A DNA stretch of 63,859 nt, the filler included, from Parasitella parasitica NRRL 2501 (Eukaryota; Fungi; Mucoromycota): the NCBI GenBank assembly GCA_025201805.1. It is 6 parts of 6 records of this genome, joined end to end, with 100 filler letters (N's around TTAATTAATTAA, not from the genome) between each part and the next. Parts side by side here need not be neighbours in the genome. Positions count along the whole stretch, not along the records: positions 2,988 to 27,012 come from MU619418.1; 5 more parts are not named here. One strand, written 5' to 3'. The position numbers and the translations under genes are program-made. The notes beneath the pieces were generated by a model. That model saw only the letters and a list, made by a program, of their open reading frames with translations, searched no databases and was not told where the DNA came from. Below are positions 11,455-24,400 of the stretch, piece after piece; position 1 is the stretch's first letter; each line of letters opens with the position of its first letter.

Positions 11455-12989
11455 TTAAAATTCATCATCATGCTCAACGGGAACTTTCTTGCTATTCATT
11501 TCTTCATCGGCAATTTGTGGAGTGGGCTTAGGGACCATGATATTGTTGCTTTGCAAAAGATAAGCAGCACAGCACATGAGGACCATGGCTGCTGTCATAC
11601 CCATAGTAGTGATTTTACCAGTACGATAAGCAGGAGCATCTGTAACACTCCATGCTTCGACGTTAACAAAATTTGGCACAAGGTTACCGATAGCATTGAT
11701 AATTGCAATGGCAAGAGCACGAGATTCTCTATCGCAGGAATAGAGCTCATTCACCCACGTCATCATGATAGGGGAGATACCGAACACAGGAGGCACCATG
11801 TAGGCACACACGAACAAGAGTCCAATTGGCACATTGCCGCCGTTGACAGCTACAAGCACAATATACCACACCAGCGTGAACAAGGCACCGCCAATGATGT
11901 GGAAGGCACGATGGCCATATCTTCCTGCATTGAATTTATCAGAAATTTTACCTTGAGCAATGATGACGATGCCCACCCAGCACCAGATTGGAACCATCAT
12001 ATAATTGGCAAATGATGCACTATAGCCAAGTGTTTTGAGAATGATAGGGAAGTTCTGTAGAATGCCCATGCCCATTTGCATACATATGAACATGCAAGTA
12101 AAGAGGTAGATGAAAGGAGTGGTAAAGAGATTGCGGAAGGTGGTCATATTAAGGCCGCTGCCAACAGCGCCTCTGCCCTGACGTTCGAGACGAGTGATTG
12201 CCATGTCGCGCAATTCTCCCTGGATGAAGCGAGTGTTGTGCGGGAAATTAGGAAGAACAAAGAAACCAGCAAAACCAATAACGACAGCAATTAGGCCTTC
12301 AATGATGAAGAGCCATTTCCAACCACGCATTCCATGGGCACCATCCAAGCTTGACGAGATGGCACCAGAAATTAGACCGCTGAAAGCACCAGAGACTTGA
12401 GAGCCAGCGACAAATACAGCAGTGCGGGTGGCTAATTCCTCTTTAGTATACCAAGAGCCAAGCAAAAAGACGATACCTGGATAGAAACCTGCTTCAGTTA
12501 ATCCAAGACAGATGCGAAGACCGTAGAGGCCTCGGTAATCAGTTACGAGCGCCATGAAGCAAACGATGGCACCCCACACAAAAACAATGAGAGGTAACAT
12601 GATACTAGGACGAACTTTTGTGATGATATAGTTGGCGGGAATCTGTAAACTTCGGGAAAGGTGTTAATAATACATATGCAAAGGAATCAGAGGGATGCTT
12701 ACATAATATAACCAATAAAGAACATTGTTAAAGCCCAATTGTACTGCTTATCAACAAGATGCAAATCATCGCTTAGACCTGTGGTCTGGGCATTAGGCAT
12801 ATTGTTTCGATCTAAACCGTTGGCAAAGTAGCCCCAGAAAGCCCAGATCATAAGACGATAATCTAACAGACGCACAAGTTTTTTCTCGACTTGCGCATCA
12901 GTCGCAGAAAGCTGGACTTGATCTAGGCTTTCACCATCTTCAATAAATTGACTATCCACTTGCGTGGGCTGAGGCTTGTCTTGCTGCAT
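11455..12989 (-). CDS. MFS transporter, anion:cation symporter (Dal5/Tna1-like) family, one intron
   Basis: LVRLLDYRL, LDRNNM, GLTEAGFYPG, WYTKEE, GWKWLFIIEG; multiple hydrophobic TM segments. Confidence 0.9.
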
Positions 12990-15949
12990 GTTTTATTTGG
13001 AGTGATTTTATAAAACAACAAGAAAAAGAGTAATAAAAAGGTTTGACCAGGCATTTGGAGATACTTTATATACAATTTTAATATGATTTAGTTTCTTCTC
13101 CACATTTCCCCAGATTGTACACACCAATCAATGTAACTCCGTGCTACCGGGAAATGTAGAAGGTTCATCCACACCATTAATGGCCAGAAGATTGTCGTCC
13201 AAGTTTAGATCCATCCCAGTAGATGAGATACAAAGTAGCTGTCATGTGGGAATATTCAAATGGCCCAAGATAGCAAATTATATTCTCATTTTGTACAAAT
13301 TGCCTCTGTTGGCTGATTATTCTCCAAAAGAAGCAAAAATAGAAATATTCCATACATTTGAAGAAATCGTATTTTTTACTTTTTTTTTTTAATAAAAAGT
13401 AGACAAAAAAAAAAGTGGGGTAAGTTTGATAAAATGTAACAGCTGGAAGCCATTTGGTTCTATAATTCGGTAAAAAGATAGTTTTTGAAAATCAAGTAGG
13501 AGCTTCAACGGTAAAATACGGGTAAATAGACCCTTTGAATTTCCTCAATACATATTTATATAACCTGAGGCATCTCAGCCTAGTTTATGTGCTATGATTG
13601 CTAGAGCCGTTTGGTGCTTACCAAAAAGATTTACCCTCACATCAAAGCATTATGATGTTAGACCTTATACCATGAATTTCAAATTTGTTCAAAATCCGGT
13701 TCATTAGTTGCACAGCATCTCCCGAGGGTCACACAGCCTCTTTTGAGCTGCTTTATGATTAGTATATTCAGTTGACTTACCATACGTAATCATCATTTTT
13801 TTACTAGGGTCAAAGGGGCAAAAAATTAAGACATTGAAATAACAAGTGCTGCTTCAATATGAGTAAATTCTAGTCCTCTTCCAGAGGATATTATGATGGA
13901 TTATTGGTTGAATATTACATGCAACATACACTCGCTTTTTAGTTACGTAAAAATTAGTACAAAGATTCACATTAGTCATAAAACGAATGCTAATTATGAT
14001 CAACCACGTAGTATCAAACCATGTAATACCATTACTGCCTGGGCTGCTTACTATAGAATTTCCTTTCAGGAATGTACAAATAATCACTGTATTCGCTATT
14101 GCATTTATTCACCATATAATTAGAGTCAATAGCGTATTCACACTAAGACTTCGTTAAAGCAGAATTGTATTGGAAATCTTTCTAATGCAAGCTTCAACGA
14201 ATGTTTGTATCTTCAATAATATTAATAGTACTTGAATAATTGAGTTCCACAAACGACTAGATAATTGAATAATGTTAAGTAGTACTATTTGCACTATCAA
14301 ACGAAATACATTCTCATAATTTACCGATCTAAATTATAATGGAACAAGAACGCAGCAAAATAAACACAATTCAGCGAGGAATAGAGTTTATAATGTTTTG
14401 TTTGGTTTTTCAATTCCCATTCAAGTTTCGGATTTTTGAGAAGTCAGTGTTAAATCAGGTATATCTCATTTTCAAAAACTAATTAAAAATATATATAAGC
14501 TTTAGAAAACTATAAAAAAATATGTGCGTATGCAACAAAGCGTAAAATAAATGGCCATGTATTTTGATTTGAAATAAAAGCTTTTTCAACAGAGTAAATC
14601 ATGTTGAAAGTCGGGCGAAATAGCTTGAATCAACCAAATTAGGATATTCGAAATCCAAAAAAGGCGATTTTTTAAGCTGAACACTCCGTTCTATTTAATA
14701 ACATGCTAATATGTTAATGAAGTTAGAGCTTCTTTTCATTTCATATTTCTGTCTAAGGTCTAAATTTCAAATCATAGAACCTTATGCATATCCACCCGAC
14801 CTAATTCAGAAATGTAAACATACTATCGTTTTGCTTACATTAACGGTTTCACCGTGCGCCATCATTACTGGGCCCATTAGTCGAAATGATAAACAACTTT
14901 TCCATTATGTCTGTTTTTCAGAAAATATGGCAAATTTTTCAACATAGTGATCAATTTATGCGTGATCCCCTCTTTCTATGAGACCATATATCAGAACAGT
15001 ATTATACCAGAAGGCACCTAAATGAATTCTTCACATATCCTAAAATTGTTTACCTTTGGAATCATCAAACAATGGCTCATTTTTGTGGAAAATGCATTTG
15101 ATCATTAGTAAAAATGGGGTTTGCCAAAATTTTATTAATTTTATTCTTTCGTCACCACCAAAGTTTTGTATGGTACGACTCTTTAACTTTATCGTATACT
15201 AATCTTGGTCTATAATTACAATCACATCTTATTAGCAGATATGAAGTTGTGTGATACATGTCAAAACATACAAAAATAAACGGCCAACCGGAACAAATTA
15301 CAAAAAGTTGAATAAGACAGATTTTACCAAAATCTTCCTAGAAAAAATAAACAGATGGTAAAGTTGTTAATCATTTATCATACAGAATTTATAAAGTTAT
15401 GCTAACCGAAGGAAGTAGCGTCTGGAAGAATTAGGTTACAGCGATAAGATTGTAGACGCAGCAGTTTAATAAATGGCAATCTCATGGGATCATCATGTTT
15501 TATTACAGTATTGATGATTATTTTGAAAAGATTATCTACTCTTTGTGGATGACCTTTAATATTGTACAACTCATAATATAGTCAAGGTAAATTGTGTATC
15601 AGATAGCCTTGTTTAGGTAGTGGAGGCTAGACTCTGTTCTTCGGGGGGGGGGGATTTTTCGAGGAAGTCGTTAACTAATGAAGACCAAATATGATCGATT
15701 ATCCTTATCCATATTTTCACATTGTTGAGCACCGCTTCTGATGGTCTGTAAGTCCATCTTTACGTGCAACAAATAAAACTCATTTAAAAAAAAAAAAAGA
15801 TTGATTACGAGTGTGCCATATTCAGGTATAGATTGTTCAATGTACCAGTGCTGGTGTAGTGCTGGTGCTGTGCCTCCTGAGTTTAGGTTATTATGTCAAC
15901 AGAAAACAAGATATTTAATGTCAAAGTTCCGAACATATACTACTACTTA

Positions 15950-17629
15950 CACTATTTTCAGAAATTATTGGGACATTTTAAAAAAAAATTGGTACAAATT
16001 CTGAACAAATATTGGGACAAATCTTGAACTGTTTTGGAACACTTGCCTAATTAATATTGGAACCCTTTTGGAAATTATAATGAGACAAAACTAAATGGGA
16101 TTGGAGATGAAATCATAATTGATTTCTTCGTTATTCATAACATGTCAGATATCAGAATTTACTATGAAGATGGAATAAATGCTCCAGTCGATGAGCATGG
16201 AAACGAAGCTGTCGAGATGGATGTAGACGACGAAGCCTTCCCTCTCGGCAACATTACCAACTACAATACTTACGTCGATAGGAAACCACCTGAAAGAGAC
16301 TTGACCGCAGTAAAGGAGAAAAAGATTAAAAATAAAAAGAATGAACCCAAGGCTGAATACAACAGCTACACAGATAAAGACAAAGCAAGATTTTTTATTC
16401 TTATCTACGACCATGGCATGAATCCTAATCAAGCTTGGAAAGCGCATGGTCATATATCAAGGACGACCGCTTATAGATGGTACGCAGAGGATCAAAGAAA
16501 GGTTAACAAAGAAATTGAGGACGACGAAGAACCTTCAGTTAAGAGAGCAGGTCGGCCAAAACTATTGAACGAAGACCATACGAAGCACCTAAAAAAAGAG
16601 TTTAAAGATAATCCATCAGTAACGATCGAACAAGCTCAAGAGAGTCTTGTTAAGGCTTTCTCAGGTTTGACTATCAGTCAAACGACTATTTACAACTACA
16701 TGACCAATGATCTTGCCCTGACATTTAAGAAAGCTCATTTCCATCCCAAAGAAAGAAATTCGCCTGAGAACATTCAAAACCGATATGACTGGGTGGTTAA
16801 ATGGAGCCAAACCGACATGGATTACATGTCCAATTGTGTTTTCATTGATGAGTCAGCTTTTCATATCAATTTAAAGCGAACAATGGCTTGGTCAGAGAAA
16901 GGAACTCGAGCTGAAGTGCCTGTCCCTCAAACAAGAGCGAAGACTACCACTATTCTTGGTGCAACTAGCGTGTGGGGGGTGTTGAATGTTCAAGTGAGGC
17001 TGCCTGGAACATCCAACAAGAAAAGAAAGTTGGCTGGCACGTCTTCTGGAAAAGCAACAACAACTGTGGGTACTGTAACTGGCCATTACTTTAATTTTGC
17101 TGCGAAAACGATGGACATCATGGACCAGCATGAGCAATTCAAAGATTTTTATCTTATTATGGACAATGCACCTATTCATACAGCTAAAGATATTGAAAGG
17201 TATATCGTTCAGCGAAGTTACAGATGTGTTTACCTCCCACCATACTCCCCTGAGCTTAATCCTATTTAGCAATTCTGGCATGTGGTCAAGAGTAAGCTCA
17301 AGAGGGAGAGGCTCTTAAAAACTGAAACACTTTCGACCAGGATTACCGATGCATGCAATGATTTATTGTACAGTGATCTTGAAGGTTCTGCTCGCTACTC
17401 TGTTAAGAAATTCGATGTTTGTTTAGTGAAAAAGCCTTTGTAATAAATGAATTTTACTTGTTCTGAAAATGGCTCAACGTTTTTTCCAAAAGTGTCCCAA
17501 TATTTATTAGGCTAATGTCCCAAATCATTTCTAGATTTGTCCCAAATTTAATGATAGATAGTCCCAATAGTTGTTCAGAATTAGTAACAATTTTTTTTCA
17601 AAATGTCTCAATAATTTCTGAGAATAGTG
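15950..17629 (+). mobile_element. Full-length Tc1/mariner (DD34E) transposon
   Basis: About 70-bp imperfect TIRs (CACTATTTTCAGAAATTATTGGGACATTT / AAATGTCTCAATAATTTCTGAGAATAGTG), TA on both sides. Confidence 0.93.
16142..17443 (+). pseudogene. Tc1-like transposase with nonsense codon at the catalytic Glu
   Basis: HTH region, FIDES, MDNAPIH, YSPELNPI* (TAG 17267-17269 where E is expected). Frame continues QFWHVVKS...KKPL to TAA 17443. Confidence 0.9.
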
Positions 17630-17825
17630 TATAATACTATACTCTTCCAACCAGAACTGGCTAGGGCAACACAATACATTTAGTTATTCTGTGCTTACCA
17701 GCTATTTTTATATTTAATTTTTATAATAAAATTTGTTGTTTAATCGTATGTAGTCTATATCAATTTAAGGTAACTGGATGAATCTAGAAGTGGAAAGCAG
17801 ATCATCATAGTGAATGTATTTCACA

Positions 17826-17995
17826 TCCTGGATGAATAATCCAATATGATTTAGGTTTATATCCATAATCATTTACCCTTGGAAAACTAGTATAAAAAGA
17901 TAGTCTTTAAATGACATTTTGATGATCTTCATCTAAAAAATAAATAACAACAGTTTCAAAAAGTATTTTATATATATTTTTTACTAGTAATTTCA
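17826..17995 (-). repeat. Dispersed repeat matching 57866-58030; possible decayed Fanzor fragment
   Basis: About 170 bp of high similarity by eye. Minus strand encodes GYKPKSYWIIHPG, continuing CENTFT just beyond the shared segment. Confidence 0.7.
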
Positions 17996-18367
17996 TATGG
18001 AATCCCTCCGAACAACTTATTACATTGATGTAACTGAATGTCCCTTTGAATACATCCCAATTTCTTCAAAACAAGGAATTTGTAACGAACATGGAAACTT
18101 ACCCTCCCATGGCCCATCTTACCTAAGGCTCCAGCGACTATTCCCATGACTAAACGCTTAATGGTTAAAAAGTCAACGATGTGAAGATAAATCTCTTTAG
18201 CATTTTTAAAATTTCGAACCGGCTGCCTTTCGTTCATTAGATATTTTTATACATTACTCTGGATTAGCATAATAACATTTCCTATTTTGTTCTTCAGGTC
18301 TAATTAGCAATTTGTAGGCACGAAGAATGCTACACACACTGCTTTGAAAAAGAAATGTAAAAAGACA

Positions 18368-18451
18368 TCCGGTTTACAAGATTCGAACTAGTGACCTAGA
18401 GATGTCGATATTCACTACAGTCTCCCGCTCTACCAACTGAGCTAAAACCGG
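18368..18451 (-). tRNA. tRNA-Tyr(GTA) with 11-nt intron
   Basis: Exact reverse complement of 3812-3895 including the intron; downstream T-run terminator. Confidence 0.95.
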
Positions 18452-18463
18452 ACTACATGATTT

Positions 18464-21400
18464 TGTCAGGTTTCTAATAAATATTAATAGGATATAATTA
18501 ACTATTTATTAAGTAAAGACAAAGGTGAAGAGCTTTATTGATTTTAAGCGAATACTATTAATAATGCATATGCTAGGGTGACCCAGACTACGTCACCATC
18601 GTTTGAAGCCTCTGCCTCTTCTTAAATCGCCGGACCGGCACTGTTGGTCGGAAGACCCGCTTCTTGTTCGCATTGTGCTGGAGCACTGCCTCCGGCACGA
18701 GTCCACTAAACATCTTCCTGACATTATCCCCTTTCGAAACTGATGTTGGTCCCTCAACATCCTCATGTAGATCGATATCACTCGTTGGCAGTGGTTCATC
18801 GTCAGTATAGTCTGTCTCTTGATACGACCGAATTTCAATTTGTCTCCGGTTCATGATTTGCGGCGAAAAAGGATACACATTGTCACGCATTTTGCTGAAA
18901 TCAACCAATTCTTTACTACTCCTGCTGCTTTTGTTCATCATTTTGTTGCCATGGTCACTAGTAATGTCTAATTTATCCTTCTGACAACTGATTGTTGTTT
19001 TGTTTCCCTGACTACCACTTTGTTGCCTTGGTTCTTCCTCCTGCTGCTCCATAATTACATCAGTTGTGTCATGACGGCTACTATCATCCGCCGATGATAT
19101 ATCATCGTACCCGTGAACTACGCTTTCGAGACTTTTTTCTTCTCTTTCTTCTTCTGTCAACTCTTCCATTGTCTCATCGTTTTCTTTTAGGCAAGGTGAT
19201 ATGTCACCATACTCATCAACAATATTTTGCAACATATTTTCATCTTCAATAACTGCATTCTTTTGTATATCAACATCTTCGCTTAGCGCTGATACATTGT
19301 CCAAATACGCATCAATAACATCAGTCGCATTGTCGTCATTGAATTCAGTTGTTGCGCTCATGTTGACAACCTCTTCAGTTGCTGCATTCATATCGGCAAC
19401 CGCTGCACCTGATGTATTCATGTCGACAACCTCTTCTGATTCTGCTGACATGAACTCATCTGTATCGATGACACTTGCTGATATTTCACGTTCGTAATCA
19501 AAAGGTACACTGCCATATATGTCGTAGATGCTCTCTGTTGATGATGGTTGTGCTTCTGCGTCTTGACTAGCTCCTACCAATTTGATTGATGATGATATCT
19601 TTTGCTGCTCTTGCTCTCCTTCTTCTAATGCACTACCAATAATAGCTATACCACCATTGCTACTATATTTCTTTCTTTGAGTACTTGAGGTAGGTACCAA
19701 TAAAGATCGCTGCCTAGGGACTCTGCCACTGCGAGATGTTGTTACCTCTTTCACTGCTCGTCGGCTAACTGTAGGGTCGTACCAGGCAGCATCAGGTTTC
19801 AAGCCTTTCGCTTTCTTCAACCTGTCACGATGCACTAAAGAATCCAGTTTCTGGCCAGACATTGTCTCCAATTGGTATGTGCCATAGTCATCAAATACTT
19901 GTGTAACTATGTATGGTCCTTTGAATGCTGGCTCCAATCCAAACTTGCCTTCGTGTGTTAACAGTACAAGGTCTCCCACATCGTAACCTACAAACTGCAT
20001 TGCCGTGTCCCAACGCTCCTTGTCTTTGGTAGAAACAGCATTCATTCTTGCCTGAGCTGCTGCTCGATGTTGACCTAGTTCTGATAGTTCTCTTGCGGTG
20101 ATGTCTGCGATAGTCTTTGGGTCTTTCATAGACTCATTTGGTATAAATGGAATCACGTTATCACCAGGTAACCGAGGCTCTCTACCATAGACCAAAAAGT
20201 AAGGGCTGTATCCTGTCGTTCTATTGACCCACACCCGAGATGACCAGACCGCGGCATCCACAAACTCATCCCATCTGTGTATAGCGCCTTGAACATATTT
20301 TCGAAGCATCTGCTTTACCGTGCCGTTGTAACGCTCTACTTTGCTGTTGCTTCTAGGATGGAATGCACTGGTAAGTTTGTGATGAATACCTAGTTTTTTG
20401 ACGTATTCATTAACCAATCCACTGTTGAAATTGGCACCCCTATCTGTCACAATTTCTACTGGGCAACCGAAATGAGTAACAATGTCTTGATATATAAACT
20501 CTGCAACTGCTTCTTTTGTAGCTTCTGGCATAGCACGAGCAATAGCCCAGTTGGTTGCAGCATCAACAGCAGTAATCAACCAGCGATTTCCATTTCGCGT
20601 TACAGGTAGTTCCCCTACAAAGTCCATGTGCCATCTCTCAAAAGCACCAGCTGGAATGGGTAATGGATGCAGGACATCTTGATGTTTCGACAATTTGGGA
20701 CCGTTCACTTGGCAAGCAGAACATGGAGCGATCCAATCCTCGATATCAGAGCGCATATGCGGCCACCAGTATCTCTTGCCCATCATGTGCATCATATTGC
20801 GGATAGAGGCATGTCCAAAACTCTCATGGTATTTTGAAACAAGATCTGCGCGGTGAGCAAACGGCACAAAAGGCACTTCCAATGCTAATTTTCCCTGCTG
20901 CTTTGGCTTGACAATTCTGAACAAACGATTGTTGCTTTTGATAACAAAATTGGCTTTTTCTCTCTTGAGTAAGTCCTTGAGAGATTTTGTTTTCACTCTG
21001 GTATCTATTGCGTCAGAGAGGTACAGCAACGGCCAATCCGACTTCAAATCTTTTGGAAGATCATCCCACGACGCATACAAATATTGAGGCTCTAAGGATT
21101 GCTTGGCAGGAGAAGAAGCATCACCAATTCGAGAAAGTGCATCGGCTACAACATTTTCTTTACCAGGTTTGTACACAATCGTTGGTGAAAACATCTCCAA
21201 GTCCGATATCCATCTGATTAAGCGTGGCGTAGGTTTTTTTTGAGTGCGAAAGTATGTCAAGGGGTTATGATCACAGCACACCGTGTATCCTGCAGGACAG
21301 CCATCAATATAACATCGCCAGGTCCTCAATGCATGAACAATGCCAATTAGTTCTCTTTCTTGCGCCGGTAGCTTTTGTTCTGCCAATGACAGCTTCTTGG

Positions 21401-24400
21401 ATTCAAATGCCACAGGATGCCATTGTTTGTTGTTGCCATCACCAGGTTGTAAAAGCACGCCACCTACTCCAAAATCGCTACTATCTGTTTCGATTCTAAA
21501 TGGTTTAGACATATCTGGCAGTGCAAGTAAAGGCGCCGTAGTAAGCAAACGCTTGAGCTGTCCAAAGCTAGTCTCGCATGTAGCATCCCATTCTATCGCT
21601 CTTTTCTTGGGTCCTGATCCTTGAGTCAAGTTGGTCAATGGTGCAGCAATACCAGCAAAACCTCTGATAAAGCGTCGATAATGCTGTGCCAAACCCATAA
21701 ACTGCCTCACCTCTTGAACATTGGAGGGAACAGGCCAGTCTTTGATTGCCTTGATCTTGTTAACGGCTGGCTGTATGCCATGTTCACACACTTCAAATCC
21801 CAGGAACTCCAGTTTTCTCTGAAAAAATCGACACTTTTTGATGTTCACCACTAGTCCAGCCTCCTTAAATTTGTCCAACACAATTTTGATATGCTTCTGA
21901 TGTTCTTCCAATGTCTTGCTATAAATGCAAACGTCATCAAGATAACACAAGGCAAACTTATCAATACATTCATAGCCAAGTAATTTGTTCATCCAAGCTT
22001 GGAAGGTAGGAGGGCTGTTACACAAACCCATTCCTAAGATAGACCATTCAAATTTGCCATACCGAGTGTTCATAGCTGTTTTAGGAATATTGCCGTCTGT
22101 GATCCGGATTTGGTGGTAGCCACTCTTTAAGTCCAAGCAACTAAAATAAGATGCGCCATCAAGACGGTCCAAACACTCGTCAATCCTTGGCAATGGACAT
22201 GTATTACGAACGGTCACCTTGTTGAGAGCACGATAATCAATGCACATGCGCATAGAGCCGTCTTTCTTCCGGACAAAAAGTACAGGCGATCCCCACGGTG
22301 ATGTGCTAGGACGTATCAAACCCAGCGACAAAAGCTCATTCAGCTGTTTCTTGAGCTCGTCCAGCTCCAACGGGCTCATTTTATACGCAGGGCGGTTGAT
22401 TGGAGAAGCGTTACCGGTGTTTATAACATGTTCCACCTCTTGAGAAGAAGGAATACCAGCTAATTTGTCTTGAAACACCGTAGGATATTCATGAGAGAGA
22501 GTTTGCTTCCATTCAGAGTCCATGCTCCTAGTGATTTGCACCTCCTTGTTATGATCTTCACACACGTACAAGAGATACACGTCTGCCTCATTGCGCTTCA
22601 AGAGCCTATCAACTTGCTTGGGTGTAATCAAATACTGTTCATAAGTGCCTTGGCGGTCATCGTGGAAGGTAAGTGTATCATTATCCCAGTTAAATTCAGG
22701 CTTATGCTGCTTCAACCAGGACCTTCCTAAAATAATGTCAAATTTTGAATCGTAAACGAAGGACGATACAGCCACCTTGTAGCCCTGTAAGTTAAGAGCA
22801 TAATCAATTTTGTCTGTTATCTTGTGCACGGTACCACCAGCGGTTTCTACTTCTCGATCCACCTTGGACCCCAAACCTTTGGCCTGATTGGCAATAGATG
22901 GCTTGATGTAGCATTCACTAGCGCCACTGTCAACCAAAATCTTGACTGGGATATTGTCAATACCCTCACGAGAATACACGTATCCAGCATACAAAGGCAA
23001 GTCAGAGGATGTTTCAATGGTGGTATTTAACTGATCTAAGTAAGGAACATCACGGGCAAGCTTTGAATCTAACTGTTCAACCATCTGTTGGTCGCTACCC
23101 ATCTTTGTTTTCTTGTTATCTAAACAAGGACCGTTTGAATAATGTTCACAGGACTGAGTCAGTTTATTGCGGTCATTATCATTAGTAGAACTATTATTAG
23201 CGTTCTGGTTGGTGTCAGACGACTGCAAAGCATGCAAATCATCCCTTCTTTGCTTATTATTATAGTTCTGGTTTCTCTTGCTGCTACCTCTGTTATAGCC
23301 ATGGTTACCACCACGTCCACGACGACGATTATTGTCCATTTGACGAATAGCATCCAGACGATCAGCACAGGTGCGCTTGAAATGGCCAGGCCTTCCACAG
23401 AAATAGCACAGACAGTTTTCAGCAGAAGCACCTCGGCCACGACTACGTAAAACATCGAGATCCATTGGGTCGTTTGGAGGAGCATTGCTACTACCACTAT
23501 CACGATAAGCAGCTGGCTGTTGCTGAGATGGTAAACCATACGAGAATACACTTGCATGAGGCCTAGTTGCAGCATAGTTCAGAGCATGATTGAAATATAC
23601 TTGAAGCGATCTCTTGTCGACAGGATAGTCTCGCAATTGTGCTTGCAGCTCTGTGTCCTTGAGACCCTTTCTAAACTTGTGGCATTGCTCCTCCTCCGTG
23701 ATACCAGGCAGCATCATGACTATGTCCATAAAGCTGTCGACGTAATCGCGTACCAAACCAGTCTGTACCAAAGCATCCAAAGCATCTCTAGCATCATCAG
23801 TGCCACTAGTAGGACGAAACTGAGCAATGAGTTTTTCCTTGAGCTCTTTCCAAGTAACAGGTGCTTCTGAGGTACGATACTGTTTGAGAACACGTAGCCA
23901 TTCACCAGCACGACCAGAGAGCAAAGTCCCTGCAAACACATATGTTTTGTTATCTGGCCAACCATAAAACTCTTGATGTGTGTCGATTGCAGCAACCCAA
24001 GTGTCTATAGCTCGAACATCGCGCTCTCCAGTATATGAATCAGGTTGCTTAAGCCGAACGGGCTGGCTATCACCACCTCTTACGTCCACATTCAAATTAT
24101 TCACAGCTTGCAGAACTAGATCCAGTAGCTCCTTGCTTTGATGAAGTGTTTGATCAGTCATTGAAGTAGCCGCTTCCAGTTCTTATAAGTTTTCTTGTTC
24201 TTGTAATAGTATTCCAGTTCTTTTTCTTGTCACGTTCAATATCTGTTAATATGACTATATATATTGCAACGTACAGATGCTACCAATGTCAGGTTTCTAA
24301 TAAATATTAATAGGATATAATTAACTATTTATTAAGTAAAGACAAAGGTGAAGAGCTTTATTGATTTTAAGCGAATACTATTTATAATGCGTATGCTAGG

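Noticed and set aside
11470-12400. Antisense ORFs over the MFS gene, and similar ones over Gag-Pol, VPS45 and YCF1
   Set aside because: Shadow frames of real genes with no independent coding signal.
13850-15600. Short ORFs in AT-rich intergenic DNA
   Set aside because: No recognisable motifs; probably old TE debris that I cannot assign.
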